From Cystobasidiomycetes sp. EMM_F5 (lineage: Eukaryota), in assembly GCA_051047955.1 (NCBI GenBank), contig JBPGPT010000006.1, forward strand, positions 558,001 to 622,000: DNA of 64,000 bases, in the 5' to 3' direction. Below the pieces are notes generated by a model. It had not been told where the DNA came from. It made no database searches and saw nothing but the letters and a program-made list of their open reading frames with translations. Position 1 is the stretch's first letter, and each line of letters starts with the position of its first letter. Below, piece by piece: positions 23,375 to 35,160 of this stretch. A program made the translations under genes and the position numbers.

Positions 23375-25337
23375 ATGGCTACATACGTTCATGACAATGA
23401 GAAAGCCGACGACTCGCCAGAGTACCTCGACCAAGTAGGACGAGGTTCGTCCGATGTCGAGGAAGAGAATGAATATCAGCAGACTGGTCACGGGGCTCTG
23501 AAACTCGACCCTGCCGGACTTCCCCTCATTCCGCAACCCACCGATTCAACTTCGGATGTGCGTCGCGGTGGATCAAGAGATGCCGTCTGTGCTGATTTTC
23601 CATTCTGCAGCCACTGAATTGGCCAAGGAAGTGGAAAATATTCATCGCGATCCAAGTCTCCATACTCGCGTTTTTCGGCAGCTTCAGTCTCGCAACCTCG
23701 AACCCAGCTTTCGCACAAATCGCAACTGTTTTCAAGGTCCCAATCGCTAGCGGATCGTACATCGGCACTTCTGGTATCGCCACGGCGGGTGCGGGTGCTC
23801 TGCTTTGGGCGCCGCTTTCCAACCGATACGGGCGAAGACCAATTATACTATGCGCTCAACTGATCGCAGTCGCAGCTGGTTTCGGTTCATGCGTTGCGCC
23901 TACATTCAGTAAGCCGGAGTAAAAGGCAAGCTCGCCATATCCTAGCTGAACATGCCTCGCTTCCGTCATCAGACCTTATCATTGTCGGCCGTAGTTTTGT
24001 CGGTCTCGGAGTTGCTGCAGGCAATGTCGTCAGTGTCATGGTCATCGCAGACCTTTTCTGCCGTGAGTTGCATCAAGTTGCGATGCTGGCAGAGGTCTCT
24101 TACTTGCATTTTTAGTGCATGAACGCGGTCTCTGGGTTGGCGTTGCTACGGTTGCGTTGATCAATGGACCGCATGTCGCTTCCCTTCGTGAGTTTTCTCT
24201 ACCCGTGTCTATTATTGGATTATTCGCTGAAAAGGCATCAGCCGGAGGTTATCTCGCACAATACGTCGGTTGGAGATGGACCCTGTGGCTGCCTTCAATC
24301 ACTGCCGCCTGCGTTTTGGTGTAGGTGTTAAGTCACTCGATGCCTGCCGCTGCAGGAGCTGACCATGCTTCATCGGCCGTAGTATGCTGTTCTTTTGCTT
24401 GCCAGAGACACTTTTTGTTCGTGAGACAAGAGAAGGTTACCCAGACGTCCCGAATCCCATCATGAACCGCATGAAGCCGTGGGGAATTCACCATCCTGAT
24501 CGACACCTTCGACCGATCGACTTTGCAAGGCCAGTACAGATGCTGTATTACTTCCCAGTCGTCTTTGTAGGCATGTACGCTGCTGTCGCCTTCACTTTAG
24601 GATCGGTGGCACCAGCTCAGACGGTGTCTGCACTTTTCAAAACGTACTATGGATGGGCATCAGCACGAACTGGATTGACTCTGTCATTATCGACGACCAT
24701 TGGTGGTGTTCTGGGTGAATTCGTTGCTGGTCCAGTTACGGATATACTCGTGCGAAGAGGTCGAAAGCGTACCGGCAAACTTCATCACGAGGAGCGCTTG
24801 AAGGCTATGATTCCCGGTGTCATCTTACTTCCTATTGGTCTTCTTATCTTCGGATTCTGTATCAAGAACTATACGGCCGAGTCCTCCTATGTCGGAGCGG
24901 CAGTCGCCCTTGCGGTAAGGAGAATTAATCAGCATGCAGTAGGAAAGAAGCGGACATCAACTAATGCTCTGTAATAGCTTACATGCTTCGCAGTGCAAGT
25001 TATCATTAGCCCAGCTCTCGCTTACTGCATTGACTGCTATAAACCTCAAGCCGGAGAGGTGGTATTGCTTTTAAACGTCGCGCGTCAATTAATCGCGTTC
25101 ACAGTGGGGTTTTGGTCTTTGGCGTTTGGCGAGGATAAGCAAAATTCGAGTGTATACAGGCTCCAGAACGTGCTGCTGACTCGTTGTCTTATTCCTGCAC
25201 AGGTCGGCTTTCATTTGAGTGGTTTGACATATGCTCTGGTCACTCTGGGTTTCTTTGTGCCCGTAGCGCTGCTCATAAAGTTTGGTGAAGGATGGAGGAA
25301 GCGTCTAGGCCAGCCGAACTTTAATAAGGGCATTTAG
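23375..25337 (+). CDS. Major facilitator superfamily transporter (DHA1-like)
   Basis: Motifs LIPQPTDSTSDPLNWPRKWK, WAPLSNRYGRRPI, IADLF..HERG, GWRW, FFCLPET, EERL and AYCIDCYKPQAGE; many transmembrane segments over ~7 exons. Confidence 0.88.
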
Positions 25338-25757
25338 TCGGGTGTACAGTACAGAATTCCAACTCTTCTCCGCACTTCACCAATAAGCCACAATGGACCC
25401 AGACGTAGCGAAGAATGGAGGAGAGAGCCAGCAGAATCCATATAGTGCATGTATAGCGGATCCTTGTGCAGCTTTGCAGTACTCAACGTTAGTAGTAGTG
25501 TATTTCCAAAATATTCGACCGGCGAGGAAGAAAAAATGGCAGAAAGTGGGGCAGCGTATGAAAAGGTTGATTCGACCTTACTTATCTCGACAGTGTCGCT
25601 GATACCCCATACTTCCCCGTTCTTCTTAAGATTGCGCTTTTGCTTGCATCCTTTTTACGCGCTTTGTTTTGGCTCGATCACCTGTCGACCATTCGAAAGC
25701 CTGCCTGAATCGACACCCGTCCATGGAGCTGCGTGTGATCTATGTATCCTGTACATC

Positions 25758-28375
25758 ATGAGCAGATTCAGCAGCGAGAGCACTCGACCAGCAGACGTGC
25801 GATCTGGAAGCAGTGCCAGCGGCAGCCATGGACTTTTAGGATTCTTGAAAACAGAGCTCGACTCTTTCGTCAAAGGGTTCAGCAGCAAGCCCGATGTCAG
25901 TAACAAAGCATACTCACCATTGAAATACTTACGGACTATGTGGTCCATTCAGGATACTCCAAACCCACCAAAAAAGCGTCAGAAACGATCACACGAAGCC
26001 GAGCAACGCCATCAGAACAACACAACATGCGATGCGGCTGTCCTTGAAGCGGAGTTGCGAAGTATACGAGACCATACAAGGTCCCGATACTCGAGGCAAG
26101 GTGCGCAGCGCGACAATGCGGAGTCGTTAAGAGATACTGAGCTTGTTTTGATTGGATTTCATTCATAGATTACGCTCCGTTGACAGAGGCCAACCTTCGA
26201 GAATCGGTTGCTCATACTCTATGTGATGACATGGACTCAGATGCTTGGACAAGGTCTCCCGAACGTCGACGGACGAAGAGTGCCTTGAACGCGTTTTCGA
26301 GCTATTATGACGATTGTCCGGCACTCGATGAACAGCTGGAGCCGACAGCCCTGGTTCCAACAGCGTCTGATGCGGCTGAAGCGGGTCCGCAACATCTAGA
26401 TCGACGAAAGAAGCGGGAGCGGGCGGCGACCTTTGTTAACGATGAAGCCGCACGTCAACTTCTAGCCTCACAATTACAGCAGTATGAAGTAAATGAAGAG
26501 ATGGAAAAGGCGCGGCTAAGACACGAGGAAAGGCTGCGGCAACAGCGAGTGAAAGATAAAGAGGCGAGGGAAGGGCGCAGACGGAAAGAGCGTGCTGCCG
26601 CTCTTGCTAGATTGGAAGCGCTTGAAGCACAAGAAGCGCAACTACGACAGGATCAATCGCACTTTGAGCTTTCTCAAGAAGGTAGAGCTACCACATATCA
26701 GGCTGGCATGGTTGACGCAGAGCAGTCTAGGCGAATCCATGAGCATGATCTCGCTCAAAAAGCCTTGCGTGATGCAGAAATCGAGCGGGCTCGTGTGCAG
26801 GAGCTTGAGCAAGAAGTGGCTCGTCTGCGAAGAGAGTTGGATGCCGCAAAGGAACGTCCGAATCACCCGCGAGATCACGATTCATTAACCATCGCTACAT
26901 CAGCAATCGACGCTTTGTCTTACGAGTCGCCTGCACCACCACCGCCGCCGCCAAGACCTCTACCTGCTGGTGCTGTAGCTTCGCCTATCGCATACGTGGC
27001 AGCTAGGCGTGCATCCTTGGCCAAAGAACGGTCTTTGAAAGGCACGCCGTCGACTGGACTAGGTATGGTAGCAGACATGAGCAAGTTCCTTGCAGAAATG
27101 AAGGCTACAAAACTGAAGAAGGTTGGACCCCCACTCGAAGGCGCAGACAAGTTGAAATCGAAGACAGACGAAGACGCTGGCCTGAAAAGTGTCCTCGAGC
27201 AGGTACTTAAAAAGCGTTTTATTGGCAAAACAAAGGACTATCGAGGATCAGCCTCGACTGCTGGATCGTCCACGGTTCGTGACTTGCGCTCCGAACATAG
27301 TCGCACTTCGAATTCGCCAGACACGTCTCTCACATCCTTCTCGTCATACCGCCCACCGGACTGGAGCGTGGAGCTCGACAATGCGCCAATACCGCCCAGA
27401 CCGCAGATATCCATGGCTGTCAGTCGTCATGGCCAACAAAATTCTACATCGTCTCTCCCAATACCCGAAACGATCCATCGTTATTCTTTCGGGAAACCTG
27501 CACCAACATCTAGGGTACTTTCGCACCCGGCTTCTACGCCAAAGAAGCCTAATCAACCCCGCGTTCATTTAGCTAGAAACGGGATCCGGCCGCAGGCTGC
27601 TATCGGACATGCGTTAACGACAGACGAGTTTTCTTCGGTGGCAGAGTCCCGCCTGTCCGCCAGCAAATATGCTTTCCCAAGACTGCAGCCGTTAGCAGTG
27701 TCGCCATCGAGCTCTGCGATTGCGGAAGGAACGGGTTCTGTCCGTGAACGTAAAATCAGCGATCGCTCGGCTGCAACCATGGACTCCGTTCGAACGAAAG
27801 GCTCATCTTTCGATATAGACATTTATGGTCAGATGCAGTTGCGAGAGGACGGTGACGACTTCGAGGATGAGATGCGCCGCAGTCTCAGCAACCCACCTTG
27901 TGTGGATGGAACGATGGACATGCCGGCACCTGCACGGATACGTGAGCAGATTGAAAGACCCATTGAGATAAATTTCGCAACCTATACACAAGAACAACCG
28001 CCAGTGCCAGTCGTAGTCGCCCACACAAACTTTGTGACTGAAAGTCAACCAGCCAGGCGCAAGACCTCACAAGGCTTTTATCGCAATCCTCGCCCTGCGC
28101 CCATTCCGCCTCTTGGAGCTTCCTACCTGCGGAAGCGACATACAAGCAACGGCAATTCCCTCCTAAAACCAAATTCGATGAGCAGCGAGTTGCTCGATAA
28201 GTCGAGTTCTCCACAAAAACCTCGCCAACGCGCTGGTCGCGTCCTTCCTGGATCTGCACAATATGCTCAAGAAAATATTGACATTCTTTGTCAGGACGTT
28301 CATATGACTGAAGAAGAAGCTGATGAACTCCTTCGAGACGACGATTCGCTTTTGGTGGCGTACGGCAGTCAGTAG
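25758..28375 (+). CDS. Hypothetical protein with coiled coil, polyproline tract and WH2-like motif
   Basis: 731-aa ORF 26180-28375 plus probable upstream exons from ATG 25758. Contains an E/R/K/Q-rich coiled coil, APPPPPPRPLP and DMSKFLAEMKATKLKKVG. Confidence 0.65.
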
Positions 28376-28555
28376 TTTGGGCCAAGTGCTCTGCTTAATA
28401 TAAGGGTCGCAGTGTCGTTCTGTTGTTGTACATGATTGGGGTCTGTTGGAGCAAGAAATCCTCGTGTTGCCGACGTGGCATGATATCGTCCCCTGTTCGT
28501 TTTGTAACAACGCGACGCGACGTACTGTACTGTACCGCTGCAACAATTGCACAGG

Positions 28556-29563
28556 ATGCCGCAATCTACGACTATTGCGAGACTGAGCGACGGTAGGTCA
28601 CTGGCATACGAAGACTGCTGTGCGCATCGAGCTGAAAGACCCGTCCGCAGGTCTGCCGCTGGCAGCGTCAGTGGACGATGAGCAGGTGGGTAATCAGGTG
28701 TCGCAGCAAGACGCAAGAGCTGAAGACTTGTCGAACCTGTCCTTTTACAGACGGAAGGCGACCTCGCAGAATACAAACAGCAAGCCAAGCTCATATGTCG
28801 ACGTCTCACACCGCAAGCGGAGCCCAAATGCTCAATAGAATCTGGAAAGTGCACTCTGCAGTGAGTCTGGGCATACGGGTAGAGCGTCAAGGCGCTGATC
28901 TGAGTCTTTCTGACAGCTATTTGATACAAAATGGCATTGTGTACCTGACCATTGCCGACAAGTCGTACCCTCGTAAACTGGCCTTCTCATACCTCGACGA
29001 GCTGAGCAAGGAGTTTGAGCGGAGCTACGCAGGTATGCCGACTCGCGTTGGAATCATATTCTCGCTCATATTTTCGTGACGCAGGCGAAGCCTTCAAGCC
29101 GCAATTACGACCCTACGCGTTTGTCAAGTTTGATACGTTCATACAGCGTACAAAACGGTTATATCAAGACTCTAGGTATGTAGCCATTCGACTGACTTGC
29201 CAGTCTGAGACTGAAGCCATGTGCTCCAGGACCATGGCAAATGCAAAGCAAGGGAGCAGCGGGTTAGACAAATTGAATGAAGACCTGCAAGATGTTTCCC
29301 GCATTATGACAAAGAACATGGAAGATCTATTATGGCGTGGTGACTCCCTCGATAGCGCGTTGCATGCTGTAAATACCTGATGACCATGGCTGACAAAGTG
29401 TCTTCCAGAAATGTCTACAATGTCAACGTCATTGCGCGACGAATCACTAAAATATCGCAAGGCTGCCCGGCATATCAATCTGCAGGCTTTGTACCGAAAG
29501 TGGGCACCTGTAGGAGTACTGGGCTTCATGTTTTGTTTGCTCATCTGGTGGAGATTCTGGTAG
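28556..29563 (+). CDS. SEC22: ER-Golgi R-SNARE Sec22
   Basis: MPQSTTIARLSDGLPLAASVDDEQ, ADKSYPRKLAFSYLDELSKEF, RPYAFVKFDTFIQ, R-SNARE IMTKNMEDLLWRGDSLD and a C-terminal TM segment. Confidence 0.95.
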
Positions 29564-29771
29564 AATCAACCAGGAGGAGGATAATCGATGCTGCGCACAC
29601 AACGTTCACAACGTTCCATTCCCAACGTTCACTATGCGCGGACTCTGCTTTTTCTCGAACATACCGTGTCTGCAGCTGTCTTATTGGAGATTGTTGTTGT
29701 ACCTTCGTAACGCTATGACATGATATACAAGACGAAATCGCACTACATTCGACCTGACATTACTGCCTGCC

Positions 29772-32086
29772 TTAATCTTTCTTCACACCCGCGGCCGGCG
29801 CAGGAGAGTACAAGCTGTTCGCAGATGGTACATATTTTGGTGGGAACGGAGATGACCCAGATATCGACCGCGGCGATTCTTCAGGGTCAATCAGTACTAT
29901 CATCACGGAGACCACGATGATGATGAGGAGTATAATGAGAATGCTGGACAAGAAGGGATGATGCGCAACCCAGCTCAACGTCGGTTCCATACGCGCAAAT
30001 ACGGCCTAAAGGGATTTTCATGTCAGCATTCAACTTTGCAGATATGGATGGAATACATTTACCCTGCCTGCTCTGTCGCCCCAGCTGACAGTTGTCTGTG
30101 GTTTAAGGTCACCATTATAGACAGCCTCAAGGGTAGTGAAAAGCTGTCTGCCATCGATTCCAAGCTTGCCCTTCTTTGGGTCGACGGAATAATATTGCTC
30201 GCGCGTAGGATTTGCGATAATTACTGACGGCTCTCTAGCATCGTTCTTAGATCCGTAATGCTGATGCAACCACTTCGCCCATTTGTCCGCATCAACCCAG
30301 ACAAAGTGAGCAGGTTTGTCGCGTGGGGTAAATCGTAATCCTTCCTGCCAAGCTGTCGATATCTTCTCCAATTCGGCTTTCCATTTGCCTGTGGCGTCTG
30401 CGCCAAGTCGTTCCTGACTGATGGCGGCAAGGACAATAAAGCTCTCCCGCTTGATTTGTCCATCTTCTGTGTAATCTTTGTAATTGCCAGCTGTGAGTTC
30501 GGCCAATATCGGGTAGCGATTACCATGTATCCACTGAACAACGTTGGCTATGTGCTTCGATCGTTCCTCCTTAGGATCAGAATCGGTAGAGGTCGCATGA
30601 GCACTCATGTCTAGTCCGGACGCAGGGAATTCTTTGTGATTTTTGAATACAAGCAATTGAGGTGAATTTGCAGGTACCTTCAGCTTGTCAAAGAGGGCAG
30701 CATCGGACGAGCTGACTATCGGTGCAGACGCCAGGAGTGCTCGAGATGCGTCGCGAACAGACTCCACCTCGCTATCGGGCGTGTTGGACGGATGAAGGTA
30801 TAGAAAAACGACATTCTCATCCTTGACGATTTGAGCCAATTCGCGTGCATCAACTTGACGCAGCGGACTGCCAGTAGCAGATGCTTTAATGGCAAACGCC
30901 TCCATGTCTGGCAAAGCGCGACTGCCAGGATATTCGACGCTTTCTGCGCCATTGTAGAACATCAGGGTCGGGTAGCCCTTGATGCCAGCTGACCGACATC
31001 TGGGCTTGTTTGCGCCGTCGTCGCAGTTGAATTCGACTACATTGACCTTGTCTCGCAAGACAGCTGCCAGCTTGTCCCACACGGGAGCCAGACGCTTACA
31101 ATGGCCGCACCAGGGTGCGTAGTATTTCACAAATACAGGCCCATTCGGGCCATCGGGATGCAGGAGCTGGGCCAGCTGAGCGGCATTGGCGTGAACAACT
31201 TTGCCGTCTGGGTTCGCGTGAACGCGTTTGTAATTGTTGTGATGACTCTGATCTTGCAGGATAGGTACATTCTGCTTTTCTGTGGCAGTTTCAACTGCAC
31301 CTGAGTGTTCCGCAGACTTGTCCGTTGCAGCGAGATTTGCGGAGTCTTGAGGATCAGCTCCCTCAACAGAGGCTGGCGCGGCAGGTTTCGCGGCCTCTTG
31401 CTGTACGGTATCGGTTTTAGCAGACGACGTCGCGGCGGGGGCATCAGGCAATCTATCGTCCAACCATTTGTTCAGTCTTTCCAGGGTCCTGTCTTTCCGG
31501 AATGTCTCGACGAATTCTCCATTTTCGTACAGGTGTATGGAAGGGTATCCTCTGACCTTGTTGGTATCGCATAAATCACCTTGCACACTGCAGTCGACCT
31601 GTCCAAAGTGGAAGTTGATGGCTTCTGCCGACGACTTGCGAGTCTCAACCAGCCTGCTCGTCCAAGACGGTGGTTAGTATTGGTAGCGAACCTCATACTA
31701 ATCAAACGTACTCGAGCCAAGTCGGGGCAAAGTCTTTGCAATGGTGACAATATGGTCTGGAGGCGGGTACATCCTTCAGCTGATAGCATTAGGGCTGCAT
31801 GCATCACTGTTCTCCTCACGAAAAATGCTCCACTAGCCTGCACCGAAGGATTGAGCCTACTAAACACGTATGTTCCATGTGCAAAGACCCACCATATCCC
31901 ATTATCCACGTTCTCCTTCCACGTATCAGGCGTGAGGAGCGTGCCTGCAAACATCTCGACGTTGCCTGCAGCAGCGGGTGCCGGAACGGCAGACACGCTT
32001 GCTGGTATCAATATGGCTGCACACGCCAGCGAGACTAGCGACGTCAATGAAGGCGGCAGCCATGACCGACTCCGCGTAGTTCTCAT
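29772..32086 (-). CDS. Membrane-anchored protein disulfide isomerase family protein (Eps1/TMX-like)
   Basis: Signal peptide; thioredoxin domains FSPYCHHCKDFAPTW and YAPWCGHCKRLAPVW with GYPS/GYPT loops; C-terminal TM helix; tail ends GVKKD (dilysine-like ER retention). Confidence 0.88.
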
Positions 32087-32326
32087 TCTACAGGGTCGCA
32101 TAAATGACGCTGGCGCTTTGCCCAGCGTTGCAGGATCTAGCATCATTTCTAGGTTCGCAAGGTGTCAAGTGGCAAAACTGCCGACGACGTGGTCGCAGTT
32201 GAAGCTTTGATTTAGATCAGACCCTGCAGACTACGAGTACACAAGATGAACGCAGTACGCTCCGAGAAACAAGCACAACAACAGCAAGCAGGTTGACTGC
32301 GCGAACGAAGCAAAAGCATATCGGGC

Positions 32327-33414
32327 TTATAATACGTCCCACAAGTCTTCACATGCGCACACGACCTGTTAGACACAGCATTAAAATTGATAATGTCTCT
32401 TCGAATGCAGCATGACGTACCTTTCCGCATGCCACTGACGCGCTAAGCGAATACTCGCTGATAGCGATTTTATCGTCCACCAAGCCATCCGCAAAATTAT
32501 CTTCGCCATGAGCCATCGCACCGATGAATACTACAATGTTTTGATCCCGAGGTATCTTTTGCAGATATGTCGAAATCTTGATTGGTGTGGCATCAAACGA
32601 AAATGTAACCTTGTAGGAATTGCTGGGTAGATGATCGGTGATGGGATTCTTGACGACTTTGAGCAGCTTCTCGCTGCCATTGACAGAGCGAATGGAGAGT
32701 TTGTGTAATAATTGGACTGACGCGACTGTCGTGAGTCGTGTATCCTGTCCATGTGAGATCGTACTTACCCATCAAGCCGGCAAAACGCTTGAATGTCCGT
32801 GGTATCCGCACACTGGGGTTGACCTCTATAAGGACACCCTTGGCTGTGTGAATGTATACTTGTAGCAGTCCAGCCTTGTTTAAAGGCGAATCGAGCAGAG
32901 TCAGAAGACACTGCCAGAGCCAGTCAGTTTTGCCAGCATCATGATGTCCAAAATGACCAACTTGATGAGTAATGTCCGGACGAGCAGTCGCGACTTCTCT
33001 GTCCATCTTGTTCAATATACCTTGCTGCAGGCCGGAAATGTTTCAGACCGTATATACGCTTGCAAGTCGAAGTGAACCTACGTGGTCATCGCAATTGAGG
33101 AGGGTATAGCGAACTTCTGATCCTTTGTCATTCTTCCCGTCTCGTCTACTCGCTCCGCTTACAGACAGCTGGTACGTTTCAAGACAAGCCTGACTCAGGA
33201 CAATGTACAATCGCCGAGCATTCTCCTTTTCAATCTGCGTTTTTGGGACTCTGGGCTGCTGTGGGACCATTGAGGGGTTTGAAAGCGGGCGTTTCCGGTT
33301 GTTTACGGGTGCGGGCAAGGTCGGTGCACTCGTTGATGCTGCTGGCTGGGCTGCAGGCTCGCCTATCGGTTTTGATGGAATAAATTCCGGTGCTAATGCT
33401 GTCATTGCCGGCAT
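32327..33414 (-). CDS. EMG1: 18S rRNA pseudouridine methyltransferase Nep1/Emg1
   Basis: [57 protein letters not shown] and [11 protein letters not shown]. Confidence 0.95.
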
Positions 33415-33625
33415 TTTGGCTTGATGAGGGGCAGCAACCTGATGTGACGGCGCGCAATTGATGCAGTATGGGCAGGTCTAGACTAGATGTCCTAGGTGGG
33501 CAGTATGGGATTGGGAAACAAGTTAGATCATGATCCTGGCCAGCATGAAGATGATCGGGATTGCAGCTTGCGAGACTGAACAGTCGGGAGCGTTGCCTTC
33601 CGACCACGCAATCTCGTTCTTAAAT

Positions 33626-34736
33626 ATGGCATCCTCGTTATGTTCCTGCATGCGGAGCTCTGCGAGACTTATGCTGAATTTTACTGAAGCACCAGTACGT
33701 AATTTTGGTCATTCGCATCAATTTGACCTAATGTCAAGTTGCAGCATTTACAAGCAGCTCTTTCCCGCAGAGCCAATCGCACAGTACTAGCACGTAGCTT
33801 CGCTTCCACTTCAAGCTTCCGTGATGCTGTTCCAACTCCGCCGACGAAGCCTACTCCTGAGGAACAGCCAAAAGGACAGGATGCCAATAGACTGTATCGC
33901 GAACGGCAAGCAACAGGCGGAGTAAGCAGGCAATTTACTAGACGAGGCAAAGGTCTGATATTGTCGCCATCTAGCCATTCACATGGCGAGCAGCCGCAAT
34001 CTTTGGAGTAACAGGTGTCGGTCTGTACTTTTATTTCCAAAATGAAAAGCGAAAGATCGAAGACAGAAAGAGTGAGGTAACTTCTTAAGATGCAACTCCT
34101 CATTATGACTGACTGTCTTCCAGGAATGGAGACCGCTGCCCAAAAGGTCGGAAGACCGAAAATTGGAGGCCCCTTCAAGCTCACTACGCAGAATGGGACA
34201 GAGTTCACCGAGCAAGACCTGCTAGGGAAGCATAGCTTGGTATACGTAGGTGTAATGCTCTTTCTCACCCATCGTGAAGGCTGACGTACTCGCTGGTACA
34301 GTTTGGTTTTACGAATTGTCCCGACATCTGCCCAGAAGAACTAGACAAGATGACCGTAGTTGTTGACCGCATAGCAAAGAGTCACGGCCAAGGATCTGTT
34401 CTTCCTGTATTCATCACATGCGATCCAGCGAGGGATAGCGTACAAGCCATCAAGGCGTATTGCAAAGACTTTCATCCCACCCTAGTTGGGCTGACAGGAT
34501 CGTACGACGACATCAAGCGGACATGTAAAGCCTACCGCGTCTACTTTTCCACGCCTCCAAACACCAAAGCGACGGACGATTATCTTGTCGACCACTCGAT
34601 CTTTTTCTACTTGATGGATCCAGAAGGTCAATTCGTCGATGCTTTCGGAAAGTCATTTTCAGCCGATGAAGTGACTCACAAGGTCGATACGTACATGAAG
34701 GAGTGGAGTCAGGGTGTCCGCCGCAAGGATGTATAA
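33626..34736 (+). CDS. SCO1: Mitochondrial copper chaperone Sco1
   Basis: Presequence-like N-terminus, single TM, GRPKIGGPF, FGFTNCPDICPEELDK (CxxxC), CDPARD and DYLVDHSIFFYLMDP. Confidence 0.95.
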
Positions 34737-35160
34737 ATGATTGTAGCAGAAGATCCCCACTCTACCGTAGTCGCATTGCAGTGGTACATTCGGCCAGCCA
34801 ATTTAAACGCAATTGACGATCCTACCCGCTTACGCAGAACATTTCCTTGAGACTACAACAACCGTGAAATTGCCCGACTGAAAGGTGCACGCAGTCATAC
34901 TAATTTGCTTCGGTTGGAGAAGACGCTCTATAGCTACACGACAGACTTGATCGAATAGGTTTACGTTTCTTGCATGGATGACTACCAGAGTGACTGAAGC
35001 TGCCATTATGTATGGTATCGATGGCATAAAGGTGCAGAAGACAGAAGGAATTCGTTTCGAATGCGGAAGGGAATTACAATGACATTGAGAACTGCGAATA
35101 GTGCCATACAGAATCGGTGATATTTGCGAAGGATACGGCCTTGAAGCTTGTCTGATTCGT

